From contig CAKQHZ010000002.1 in assembly GCA_934246625.1 (NCBI GenBank), positions 150,001 to 182,000 on the forward strand: a DNA stretch of 32,000 nucleotides, written 5' to 3'. How positions within the stretch are numbered: position 1 is the first letter of the stretch; every line of letters starts with the position of its first letter. The stretch is from an uncultured Alphaproteobacteria bacterium (GTDB taxonomy: Bacteria > Pseudomonadota > Alphaproteobacteria > Rs-D84 > CACZYB01). This document shows, piece after piece, positions 15,649 through 23,644 of the stretch. The position numbers and the translations under genes are program-made. Below the pieces are notes generated by a model. It did no database searches, was not told the DNA's origin, and worked only from the letters and a program-made list of their open reading frames with translations.

Positions 15649-15819
15649 GCAAAATCGCTGAAATCGGCTGGGTTTAGTATGGATTTTAACTATAAAATAG
15701 GAGATAAATATGAAAAAGTATGCTTAATTTTAGTAAAAAAATTTGTATGTATATTATCTTTACAAAAGTTTAAAAATATAAGATAATGCTTTTATTAACT
15801 TAAAAATAAGGAAAAATAA

Positions 15820-16560
15820 ATGAATAAACCAGTTATAAAAAATATTATGTGGGATGTTGATGGTGTTCTTGCAAGTCTTGATCATGCATACTATCGCTTT
15901 TTAACAGAACACCCTAACTATAAGGAAACATATAAGGATTTAAAGTGGGAGGATTTGCCAAAGGCTCTTCCAATCGATCCAAAGTTTGGTTCCCTTGAAC
16001 TTACTTCTCATCCAACTATGGGAAAGGCTTTTAATGAAGATTTTTGCCACAACAGTGGTGAAATTTATTTCGACAGACCTTTGTATCCTAATGTCGTTGA
16101 AACATTGACTGAACTTCATAAAAAAGGATATTTGCAACTTACTATGTCTTCTGGTTTTAATGCAGAAGTCAAAAGAAAAATGATTGCCGATACTTTGGGT
16201 AGTGAACTTTCTTTTGTTAATATTGAAGTTGTTGAACATCAAAAATCAACTAAAGATGCAAGTCATGGTAAAGCAATGGTTGGTGAAAAAGAACAAAGAA
16301 TTATTGAATGTTTAAAAAAATACAATCTTAAACCAGAAGAAACTGTGCTTGTTGATGACCGAATTTTTAATTGTGAAACTGCATTAAAAGTTGGTATGCA
16401 CACAGTTCGTTGTCGTTCAGGTTTTACAACAGATACTCCTCCTGAAATAAAAGAAAAACTTGATGCAGAAGTAAAATCAGTTGCAGAATTTAAAGATTGG
16501 CTTTTAAATAATACAACATTTTATAATACTAACGAATTAAACAAACAAAATGAAAGATAA
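15820..16560 (+). CDS. HAD-superfamily hydrolase (phosphatase/nucleotidase-like)
   Basis: Motif I 'MWDVDGVL', motif II-like 'LQLTMSSG', motif IV 'VLVDDRIFN'. It ends 2 nt before kdsB. Confidence 0.7.
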   Translation: MNKPVIKNIMWDVDGVLASLDHAYYRFLTEHPNYKETYKDLKWEDLPKALPIDPKFGSLELTSHPTMGKAFNEDFCHNSGEIYFDRPLYPNVVETLTELHKKGYLQLTMSSGFNAEVKRKMIADTLGSELSFVNIEVVEHQKSTKDASHGKAMVGEKEQRIIECLKKYNLKPEETVLVDDRIFNCETALKVGMHTVRCRSGFTTDTPPEIKEKLDAEVKSVAEFKDWLLNNTTFYNTNELNKQNER

Positions 16561-16562
16561 AA

Positions 16563-17336
16563 ATGAGTAAAGTTATTACAATGATTCCTGTCCGAATGGC
16601 AGCAACTCGTCTTCCAAATAAACCTCTTCTTGATATAAATGGTAAATCACTTATACAAAGAGTTTTCGAAAATGTTCGTAAAGTTATTCCTGGAGATGTC
16701 GTTGTCGCAGCTGGGGATAAAGCTATTGTTGATGAATGTGCAAAGTTTGGTGCAAAGGCTGTGCTTACTGACCCAAGTCTTCCAAGTGGAACTGACAGAA
16801 TTGCTTCTGCATTAAAGGAAATTGACCCTGATGGCACAAAGTATGACATAGTTGTAAATTTTCAGGGAGACAACATCAATGTTGATCCATCTGTATGTCT
16901 TCCACTTGTAAAAATGGTTGAAGATACCGGTTGTGATATTGCAACTTGTGGTATGGTCTTTAAATCTGAAAAAGATGTAAATGATCCAAATATGGTAAAA
17001 ATTGTTATGGGAATCAAAGATGGTGAAGATGAAGGTCGTTGTATATATTTTACACGAGCTCCTGCTCCATTTATAAGAAATCCAGAGAAATCAAAATCTC
17101 ACAATTTCTATCATCATATAGGTATCTATGTCTATAAGGCAGAATCTTTGAAACGTATGGTATCACTTCCTGTTGGTGTATTGGAAGATAGAGAAGCTCT
17201 TGAACAACTTCGTGCAATCGAAGATGGTATGACAATTCGTGCCAAAGTTATTGGTGGAATGAAACTTGTTGAGGAAGCTCCTGCTGACATAAATACTATG
17301 GAAGAATATGAAGAAGCCAAAAAATGGATTAAATAA
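16563..17336 (+). CDS. kdsB: 3-deoxy-manno-octulosonate cytidylyltransferase (CMP-Kdo synthetase)
   Basis: 'IPVRMAATRLPNKPLLDINGKSLIQRV', 'SGTDRIA', 'VVNFQGD', 'HHIGIYVYK', 'LEQLRAIEDG'. Confidence 0.92.
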   Translation: MSKVITMIPVRMAATRLPNKPLLDINGKSLIQRVFENVRKVIPGDVVVAAGDKAIVDECAKFGAKAVLTDPSLPSGTDRIASALKEIDPDGTKYDIVVNFQGDNINVDPSVCLPLVKMVEDTGCDIATCGMVFKSEKDVNDPNMVKIVMGIKDGEDEGRCIYFTRAPAPFIRNPEKSKSHNFYHHIGIYVYKAESLKRMVSLPVGVLEDREALEQLRAIEDGMTIRAKVIGGMKLVEEAPADINTMEEYEEAKKWIK

Positions 17337-17358
17337 ATTATTTTATTGTAAAAATTAA

Positions 17359-17382
17359 GCCCTCAATTTTGAGGGCTTTTTT
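17359..17382. terminator. rho-independent terminator between convergent kdsB and the HTH gene
   Basis: GCCCTCA-ATTT-TGAGGGC hairpin followed by T6. Confidence 0.7.
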
Positions 17383-17403
17383 GGTTGGTAAACTATTTTG
17401 TTT

Positions 17404-17637
17404 CTACCCCTCTAAATACTTAGAGAATTGCTCCCATGAAAGACCAGTAGCCCTCATAACCTTACAAATACTCTCCGTAGATGGCCATCTGAATTTGCCA
17501 CTAGGATAAAACCTTTTACTCTTATTAAATGCTGTAGCATCAAGACCTGCCTTTTTAGCCAAAGCAGAAACAGAAATACCGTTTATGTATGCAATCTTGT
17601 CAATAGTCCCCCAGATTTTAGAATGTTCTGTATCCAT
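17404..17637 (-). CDS. small HTH DNA-binding protein resembling the N-terminal domain of alphaproteobacterial LexA/CI-type repressors (copy 1)
   Basis: 'GISVSALAKKAGLDATAFNKSKRFYPSGKFRWPSTESICKVM' matches the ..LAR.AGLD.T.FNKSKR....R.RWPSTESI.K pattern. ATG 17637 has an AAGGAG SD. A TATAAT box lies inside the ORF-track's 16-aa N-terminal extension. Confidence 0.75.
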   Translation of the reverse strand: MDTEHSKIWGTIDKIAYINGISVSALAKKAGLDATAFNKSKRFYPSGKFRWPSTESICKVMRATGLSWEQFSKYLEG

Positions 17638-17714
17638 AACACAACTCCTTTGATTATAGTTCTCTCTTACGACAATCTCATACAATACATATTACAACTT
17701 ATACTAGAAAATAA
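17404..17714. repeat. left copy of a 311-bp inverted repeat (pairs with 19088..19398)
   Basis: My manual alignment of its reverse complement against 19088-19398 gives 301/311 identities. Seven of the 10 mismatches fall in the last ~60 bp at the gene 3' end. Confidence 0.9.
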
Positions 17715-17859
17715 ATATAATTGCAAGTCAAATATTTAAAGGAGAAATAATGACAGAGGAGAAAATGAACCTAATGTATTGAAAAGACGGAATAAAGCAA
17801 AGGTGTGAGAATAAAAACCTTTGGTGCCGGAATTGGGTGAGTAGGTGTGATTTAGAGAT

Positions 17860-17889
17860 AAAAAAAGGAGGAGATTCGTTTTCTCCTCC
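17860..17889 (-). terminator. rho-independent terminator of kdsA
   Basis: GGAGGAGA-TTCGTTT-TCTCCTCC hairpin. On the minus strand it is followed by T7 (the A run at 17860-17866). Confidence 0.7.
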
Positions 17890-17918
17890 CTTCTTATACA
17901 TAGAAATGTTGTTTATTG

Positions 17919-18806
17919 CTATATAGCCTGACCTTCTTGAACCCAATCTTCAAGACGAGGAAGGTTTGCCTTTGCAACTGTATCTATCGCCTTTAATTGA
18001 GTTAAAACTTCCTCCATATACATCAAAGGAATTGCATTCCAAATATCGGAACCTCCTTTTAATGGCTCTGGGTGAGTTTCAATAAATACTCCAGCAATAT
18101 GACCAGTAGATAATGCTGCACGAGCAATAATTGGAGCCATACGACCTTCTCCACCAGAAGAATCTCCCATAGCAGCAGGTTTTTGCACAGAGTGAGTTGC
18201 ATCAATAACAACTGGGTATCCTGTTTCAGCCATAGTAATTAAGCCTGTATTATCAACAATCAAAGCGCCATATCCGAATGAAGTTCCACGTTCGGTTAAG
18301 CAAAGGTTTGTATTTCCATTTGCTTCATATTTACCAATAACATTTTTCATATCCTTTGGAGCCATAAATTGAGCTTTTTTAAGATTACATGCTTTACCAG
18401 TTTTTGCAATCGCACTTGATAAATCTGTTTGACGAATCAAGAATGCAGGTTGTTGAATCATATCAACATGAGGAGCAATAATACTTGCTTGTTCTTCAGT
18501 ATGAACATCGGTAATTACAGGAATATGAAATGTAGAACGGATTTCATCAAAAATTTTGATACCAGCTTCTATACCAATACCTCTTGCACCATTAACAGAA
18601 TTTCTATTAGCTTTATCAAAGGAAGCCTTAAAAATATAATTTATTCCAAGTTTTTCAGTTAAATTCTTCATATATTCAGCAATCTTTAATGCCAAATCAC
18701 GATTTTGAAGTTGGCAAGGTCCTGCAATCAAAGTAAATGGTAAATCATTACCCATTGTAATTTCCTTTGTAATACCACCACCAACTTTTATATGTTTATT
18801 TTCCAT
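17919..18806 (-). CDS. kdsA: 3-deoxy-8-phosphooctulonate (Kdo-8-P) synthase
   Basis: 'LIAGPCQLQ', 'KASFDKANR', 'VITDVH', 'IQQPAFLIRQTDL', 'NLKKAQFMAP', 'LTERGTSFGY', 'DATHSVQ', 'GVFIETHPEP'. Confidence 0.95.
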   Translation of the reverse strand: MENKHIKVGGGITKEITMGNDLPFTLIAGPCQLQNRDLALKIAEYMKNLTEKLGINYIFKASFDKANRNSVNGARGIGIEAGIKIFDEIRSTFHIPVITDVHTEEQASIIAPHVDMIQQPAFLIRQTDLSSAIAKTGKACNLKKAQFMAPKDMKNVIGKYEANGNTNLCLTERGTSFGYGALIVDNTGLITMAETGYPVVIDATHSVQKPAAMGDSSGGEGRMAPIIARAALSTGHIAGVFIETHPEPLKGGSDIWNAIPLMYMEEVLTQLKAIDTVAKANLPRLEDWVQEGQAI

Positions 18807-19087
18807 TATTTAAAATCCTTTCAATTATTTATAATTAAAAATTATATCATAAGGTAATTAAGTTAGCTATAAAAAAATAATTACATTATTTATCTTTATT
18901 ACATAGTTAAAATATAAGATGAAAATTGAAATTTTTATTAAAAAATTTACTGATTGATAAAAATTTTTCTTATTCTTAAAAGATATAACTTTGTAAAAAA
19001 TATAGTAAAATCAAATACAAGGTTCAATTATTTAACAGAACTTTTCTTATCCCCCACGATAAGAATATCTTCCTCTTGTATTTCTTC

Positions 19088-19398
19088 TTATTTTCTAGTA
19101 TAAGTTGTAATATATATTGTATGAGATTGTCGTAAGAGAGAGCTATAATCAAAGGAGTTGTGTTATGGATACAGAACATTCTAAAATCTGGGGGACTATT
19201 GACAAGATTGCATACATAAACGGTATTTCTGTTTCTGCTTTGGCTAAAAAGGCAGGTCTTGATGCTACAGCATTTAATAAGAGTAAGAGGTTTTATCCTA
19301 GTGGCAAGTTCAGATGGCCATCTACGGAGAGTATTTGTAAGGTTATGAGGGCAACAAATCTTTCATGGGAGCAATTCTCTAAATATTTAGAGGGATAG
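19088..19398. repeat. right copy of the 311-bp inverted repeat
   Basis: See 17404..17714. The repeat starts at TTATTTTCTAGTATAAG and ends at the HTH stop codon. Confidence 0.9.
19165..19398 (+). CDS. small HTH DNA-binding protein, copy 2 (near-identical paralog of 17404..17637)
   Basis: Within the Met-17 CDS it is identical to copy 1 except 'ATNLSW' versus 'ATGLSW'. Same SD and -10 context. Confidence 0.75.
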   Translation: MDTEHSKIWGTIDKIAYINGISVSALAKKAGLDATAFNKSKRFYPSGKFRWPSTESICKVMRATNLSWEQFSKYLEG

Positions 19399-19427
19399 GA
19401 ATAGAAAGAACCAATTATGTAGAATTA

Positions 19428-19461
19428 CCACAAGAGGATATACTCCTCTTGTGGAGGTTTT
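19428..19461 (+). terminator. probable rho-independent terminator
   Basis: Perfect 11-bp stem CCACAAGAGGA-TATAC-TCCTCTTGTGG followed by AGGTTTT, a weak T tract. Confidence 0.5.
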
Positions 19462-19542
19462 AGCGACATATTTTCATAGCATACATAAGGTGAAATCTGA
19501 TAATTCTTATAATTTTAATAATCAAAATTATAGGAGTAAAAA

Positions 19543-20136
19543 ATGATTTATGGATATATTCGAGTTTCAACAGAACAGCAAAATACCGAAAATCAATATC
19601 ACGAAATTTTAACCTTTGCAAAACATCAAAATTTAATTATCAATAAATGGATTGATGAAGTTATTTCATCAAAAAAATCACTTAAAGAAAGAAAACTTGG
19701 CAACCTTTTAAAACATCTTAAAAAGGGTGATATTTTGATTGCATCAGAGCTTTCTCGACTTGGTAGAAATCTTTTGGAAGTCATGGGAATTTTACAAAGT
19801 TGTTTAGAAAAAGATTGTCAAATTTGGACCATAAAAGAAAACTATCGTTTGGGTTTGGATATTCAATCAAAGGTGCTTGCTTTTGCATTTTCTTTGGCTG
19901 CAGAAATTGAAAGACAACTTATTTCTCAACGAACAAAAGAGTCGTTGAAACGGTTAAAAGATGAAGGCAAACATCTTGGTCGTCCAATAGGTTTTGCGCA
20001 TAAAAAACTTGATTCAAAATGTGATGAAATAAAAGAACTTCTTTCAAAAAATATTTCCAAAGCCGAAATTGCACGACTTATGAATTGTTCGTGGATTACT
20101 TTACATCGATATATACAAAAAAGGAATAAAAGATAA
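19543..20136 (+). CDS. serine recombinase, small DNA-invertase type (Mpi-like)
   Basis: 'MIYGYIRVSTEQQ' contains the catalytic Ser. Also 'ASELSRLGRN', 'NYRLGLDIQSKVLAFAFSLAAEIERQLISQRTKESL' and a C-terminal HTH 'ISKAEIARLMNCSWITLHRYI'. At 197 aa, its length and central motifs match my recollection of Bacteroides Mpi-family invertases. Confidence 0.85.
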   Translation: MIYGYIRVSTEQQNTENQYHEILTFAKHQNLIINKWIDEVISSKKSLKERKLGNLLKHLKKGDILIASELSRLGRNLLEVMGILQSCLEKDCQIWTIKENYRLGLDIQSKVLAFAFSLAAEIERQLISQRTKESLKRLKDEGKHLGRPIGFAHKKLDSKCDEIKELLSKNISKAEIARLMNCSWITLHRYIQKRNKR

Positions 20137-20162
20137 GATATTCTTATTGTGGAAGAGTTTGT

Positions 20163-20891
20163 TTATTCTTGTGTTGCAGGTTCGTCGGGTTTTACCCAAA
20201 TCATTTTATCGCCAAGAGAGGCAATAAATTCGTCGTGATTTTTTAAATCTTCTTCTGGTATTGGAAAGTTTCGTGATTGATGAAACTCCCTTTTTTGTGC
20301 CTTGACTTCTTTGGTTGTTGCCTTTACTTCGGTTTCTTCGTTTGAAGTTTTGAAAAAGTCAATTTCCTTTCCACCAAGAAGTTCAATATAGACTTCGGCA
20401 AGCAATCTGGCATCAAGTAAAGCGCCGTGCAAATCACGGTGAGAGTTATCAATTCCATAACGATTGCAAAGTGCGTCCAAGCTGTGTCTTGCAAGATGAG
20501 GATTTTTCTTTCGTGAAATGGCAAGTGTATCAACCATTCTGTCGAATGAAATTTCTGGAAGATTTAGTCTTCGAAATTCGGCATTGATAAAGTTCATATC
20601 GAATACAGCATTGTGAGCAACCATATCTGCATCACCAATAAAGTCAATGAAACTTTGTGCAATTTCCTTAAATGTAGGTTTATCGGATAAGAATTCAGTT
20701 GTTAATCCGTGGACCTTTACAACTTCCTCTGGAACTTCTCGTTCAGGATTTATGTAGCAATGAAAAGTTTTTCCAGTTGGTGTATGATTTATCATTTCAA
20801 CACAACCAATTTCAACTATTCTGTCATCGCCAGAATAATTAAAACCTGTTGTTTCGGTATCGAATACTATTTCTCTTATTGCTTCACTCAT
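20163..20891 (-). CDS. dnaQ: DNA polymerase III epsilon subunit (3'-5' exonuclease)
   Basis: Exo I 'IVFDTETTG', Exo II 'MVAHNAVFDMNFI', Exo III 'HGALLDARLLAEVY'. Confidence 0.93.
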   Translation of the reverse strand: MSEAIREIVFDTETTGFNYSGDDRIVEIGCVEMINHTPTGKTFHCYINPEREVPEEVVKVHGLTTEFLSDKPTFKEIAQSFIDFIGDADMVAHNAVFDMNFINAEFRRLNLPEISFDRMVDTLAISRKKNPHLARHSLDALCNRYGIDNSHRDLHGALLDARLLAEVYIELLGGKEIDFFKTSNEETEVKATTKEVKAQKREFHQSRNFPIPEEDLKNHDEFIASLGDKMIWVKPDEPATQE

Positions 20892-21010
20892 AATTGGTTA
20901 TTTTAACCCAAAATATTATTTTATTGCAAGGGATAAATTATTTTTAATACCTTGTTATTTTTTTTAATTCGCTTTATAATTAAAAAAGTTAACTAAGAAA
21001 GGAGATTGTA

Positions 21011-21550
21011 ATGCTTGAAAGAACACTTATAATACTTAAACCAGATGCTGTTAAAAGAAAACTTTGTGGAAAAATAATCTCTATGTTTGAAGAGGCTGGC
21101 TTTGATATAGTTGAAACAAAAATGGTTGTTCCATCAAAGGAATTAGTTGAAAGACATTATCCAAATAATAATAAATGGTATGTGGCTGTTGGTAATAAAT
21201 CTATTTCCAATTTCGCAGAACAAGGTTTGGATATTGTGAAAGTAATGGGAACAGATGATGCTTTGACTATTGGTAAAAAAATAAAGGAATGGTTGGTTGA
21301 TTATATGACTTCTGGTCCAGTTATTGCTATGGTGTTAGAAGGTAATAATGCAATTAAAAATGTTCGTAAGATGTGCGGTAATACTATACCTTCTGTGGCT
21401 GATCCATCTACTATTCGTGGAAAGTTTTCATTAGATTCTTCTGATGTTGCAAATGCTCAACACAGACCAGTTCATAATCTTATTCATGCAAGTGGTGAAC
21501 CAGAAGAGGCAAAATATGAAATTTCTCTTTGGTTTGGAAGTGAGAACTAA
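21011..21550 (+). CDS. ndk: nucleoside-diphosphate kinase family protein (long form with internal insertion)
   Basis: '[12 protein letters not shown]', '[13 protein letters not shown]', '[15 protein letters not shown]', 'NLIHASG' (active-site His). It is about 35 aa longer than the ~140-aa canonical Ndk. Confidence 0.75.
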   Translation: MLERTLIILKPDAVKRKLCGKIISMFEEAGFDIVETKMVVPSKELVERHYPNNNKWYVAVGNKSISNFAEQGLDIVKVMGTDDALTIGKKIKEWLVDYMTSGPVIAMVLEGNNAIKNVRKMCGNTIPSVADPSTIRGKFSLDSSDVANAQHRPVHNLIHASGEPEEAKYEISLWFGSEN

Positions 21551-21552
21551 TT

Positions 21553-21801
21553 ATGTTTGAAGATATACAAAATTTATCATTTGAAGAGGCTTTGGCTGAA
21601 CTTGAATCCATTATCCATAAAATGGAAGCAGGGGATATAAAACTTTCTGATTCAGTTAGCTTTTATGAAAGAGGAATTAAGTTGAAAAATCATTGTGAAG
21701 AGATTTTGAAATCTGCACAATTAAAGATTGAAAAAATACAACTTAAGCCACTTGAAAATGGCGATGTGGAAATGGAAACTGTTCCTTTTGAAGTGAAGTA
21801 A
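21553..21801 (+). CDS. xseB: exodeoxyribonuclease VII small subunit
   Basis: '[44 protein letters not shown]' is the canonical XseB helix hairpin. Confidence 0.9.
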   Translation: MFEDIQNLSFEEALAELESIIHKMEAGDIKLSDSVSFYERGIKLKNHCEEILKSAQLKIEKIQLKPLENGDVEMETVPFEVK

Positions 21802-21825
21802 GTATATTCTTTGAATGTGAAAATG

Positions 21826-21856
21826 ACTCCTTGTCTTTTGATGAGGAGTTTTTTTA
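21826..21856 (+). terminator. rho-independent terminator
   Basis: ACTCCT...AGGAGT hairpin with a 12-nt loop, followed by T7. Confidence 0.55.
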
Positions 21857-21918
21857 TGTTTGCATTTTTTTATAATGATTATAATAAATTATTGATAGAA
21901 AAATGAAAATCAATTAGG

Positions 21919-22113
21919 TTAGTTGCCTAAACGATTATCAAGTTTTTGTTCCATATCTTTCATTATCTTTTTTGCTTGGGCTGGATTTTTTGCTTTGACT
22001 TCAATCTTTTCTGTTTTGGTAAGTGTTGTTGTTGCATCAGCCGATGAGATGATAGCTATGCTTGTTGAAAGAATAAGTATTAAGATAAGTGCCTTGATAA
22101 TTTTGTTTTTCAT
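21919..22113 (-). CDS. small secreted protein, unknown function
   Basis: AAGGAGA SD. Signal peptide 'ALILILILSTSIAIISSADA'. Preferred over the mirror ORF 21923..22117, which lacks an SD. Confidence 0.6.
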   Translation of the reverse strand: MKNKIIKALILILILSTSIAIISSADATTTLTKTEKIEVKAKNPAQAKKIMKDMEQKLDNRLGN

Positions 22114-22223
22114 TTGAATCTCCTTTATTTTATTTTACGAAAATTAAATGAAAAATATATAGGTTAATATTCTTTGTTTGTGTTGGTTGGCTTTTAACCT
22201 TTGTTTAAGACGATTTTATAAGA

Positions 22224-23603
22224 TTATTTTCTTTCAAGAATTGAAACAGGATTGATTGATTTTGTTTTTTGACGAACTTCGAAATGAAGTTGTGGTGTTG
22301 TTACACGACCAGTTTTTCCAACGGTTGCAATGGTGTCGCCACGTGAAATTTTTTCACCCTTTTTTACACGGAGTTCATCATTGTGAGCATATATAGTCAT
22401 ATAATCCTTGTCGTGTTTTATAATAATAAGGTTGCCAAGTCCCTTTAATTCATTTCCAGCATAGGCGACGATACCATTTTCAACGGCCTTTACCTTTGTG
22501 CCAATAGGTGCAGAAATATTTATACCATCATTTCTTTTTCCATTATTTTTGATACCAAATTCGGAAATGATTTTGCCGTTTATTGGCCACATAAATTTTT
22601 TTGATGTCAAAGGTTCTGGTTTGATTATTATTTTTTCAACCTTTTCCTTTGTTTCTTCCTTTATTTTATTTGATGATGTAATTTCGATTTCTGTTTCTGT
22701 TGAATTATCCTTTGCATCATCTTTTTTTATAATTATTTCTTTTGTTATTGGTGTAGTTGTTTTTGTTTTTTGCTTTTCCTCATCGGTAAGTTCAACATTT
22801 ATATTTGATGCAGGAAGATTTATTTTTTGTCCTGGGATTATTGTGAATGGTTCCTTTAGGTTATTTAATTTTACAAGAGAATTTAAGTTCACATTATATT
22901 TTCGAGAAATTGAATAAACCGTATCTTCCTTTTGCACAATATGAAATGCAGTGTTAGGTATGAAAATTTTTTGACCGATTGAAAGAATATAAGGTGGTGT
23001 AAGGTTATTCCTTATAATTAAATCCTTTAATGGCACATTATTATTTTTTGCGATAGAGTATATTGTATCACCCTTTTTTATAATAACAAAATTAACCTTA
23101 GGTTCTTCGATAAAAGATTTTGTTTTATCAAGATTTGTTATTACATTTGTTGTTTTTTGTTTTATTGTTATTGGCGTGTTTGAATGCTTGCTTGGTATAG
23201 AAATTATTTGTCCGACCTTTAGTGTAAAAGGTGCAGAAAGTTTATTGTAATCGGCAAGCTCATAAACCTTTATGTTTTCGGATTTCGCAATGGAATATAA
23301 TGTGTCGCCAGATTTGATTTTTATCTTTTTTTCAACGGTTGGTTTAAGTTCGATTTCTTCCTTTACAACCTTTTCTTGTTCAATATTATCAGGAGATACA
23401 ATTTCAATTTCGTATTCTGGAGTATGCCTTAATGCAGAAGGAATAAATAAATTTTCCCTATCTGATGAATAAATTTCTTCTTCGGTTGCTGTTTTTATGA
23501 CTATGTTTTCAGGTGTATTCGCAGAAACAGCCATACAACCATTTACATTGAAAATAAATGGAGCCACGATAAGCAACAATTTCTTAAGATTTTTTTCTCT
23601 CAT
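22224..23603 (-). CDS. LysM-repeat M23 family peptidase (NlpD/EnvC-like murein hydrolase or activator)
   Basis: Four LysM units (e.g. 'IKSGDTLYSIAK', 'IKKGDTIYSIAK', 'VQKEDTVYSISRKY') and a C-terminal M23 domain 'NDGINISAP.GT.V.A...G.V..AG......GN.IIIKH...Y.T.YAHN..L.V..G..I..G..IA.VG.TG..T.P.LHFEV'. Confidence 0.9.
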   Translation of the reverse strand: MREKNLKKLLLIVAPFIFNVNGCMAVSANTPENIVIKTATEEEIYSSDRENLFIPSALRHTPEYEIEIVSPDNIEQEKVVKEEIELKPTVEKKIKIKSGDTLYSIAKSENIKVYELADYNKLSAPFTLKVGQIISIPSKHSNTPITIKQKTTNVITNLDKTKSFIEEPKVNFVIIKKGDTIYSIAKNNNVPLKDLIIRNNLTPPYILSIGQKIFIPNTAFHIVQKEDTVYSISRKYNVNLNSLVKLNNLKEPFTIIPGQKINLPASNINVELTDEEKQKTKTTTPITKEIIIKKDDAKDNSTETEIEITSSNKIKEETKEKVEKIIIKPEPLTSKKFMWPINGKIISEFGIKNNGKRNDGINISAPIGTKVKAVENGIVAYAGNELKGLGNLIIIKHDKDYMTIYAHNDELRVKKGEKISRGDTIATVGKTGRVTTPQLHFEVRQKTKSINPVSILERK

Positions 23604-23644
23604 ACTTTGTATAATACAATATTTTTTTTTGAAAATCTATATAT

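Noticed and set aside
15710-15727. Two mini-ORFs have textbook initiation contexts. One is MKKYA* (AGGAGATAAAT-ATG, 15710-15727), just right of the candidate invertible element. The other is MTEEKMNLMY* (AAGGAGAAATA-ATG, 17750-17782), just inside the left 311-bp repeat.
   Set aside because: They are too short to support as genes from sequence alone. They could be leader peptides or 5' stubs of genes truncated by past rearrangements. I noted them because both sit next to recombination-associated repeats, but there is no further evidence.
17638-17685. A 16-aa N-terminal extension (MYEIVVRE(N/S)YNQRSCV) is proposed for both HTH paralogs, also at 19117..19164.
   Set aside because: The extension contains the genes' own TATAAT box and AAGGAG SD. 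Met-17 is the better start. The N/S difference in the extension is therefore probably non-coding.
17728-17946. A 72-aa minus-strand ORF spans the kdsA stop and its terminator.
   Set aside because: It runs through the GGAGGAGA/TCTCCTCC terminator hairpin, overlaps the kdsA 3' end, and has no SD.
17404-19398. The 311-bp inverted repeats could be the ends of an IS or composite transposon carrying kdsA.
   Set aside because: There is no transposase ORF inside, the repeats are whole functional HTH genes rather than terminal IRs, and no target-site duplication is visible at the outer borders.
21011-21550. The ndk-like protein is unusually long (179 aa), with a ~35-aa insertion after the ERHY motif.
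   Set aside because: The core NDK motifs and the active-site His are intact. Long-form NDK-family proteins exist, and nothing in the sequence suggests more than a lineage variant.
22224-23603. Repetitive DNA appears within the LysM/M23 gene, with mirror ORFs at 22498..22917 and 23272..23472.
   Set aside because: The repetition reflects four divergent LysM domains at the protein level, not a nucleotide tandem repeat. The plus-strand ORFs are low-complexity shadows.
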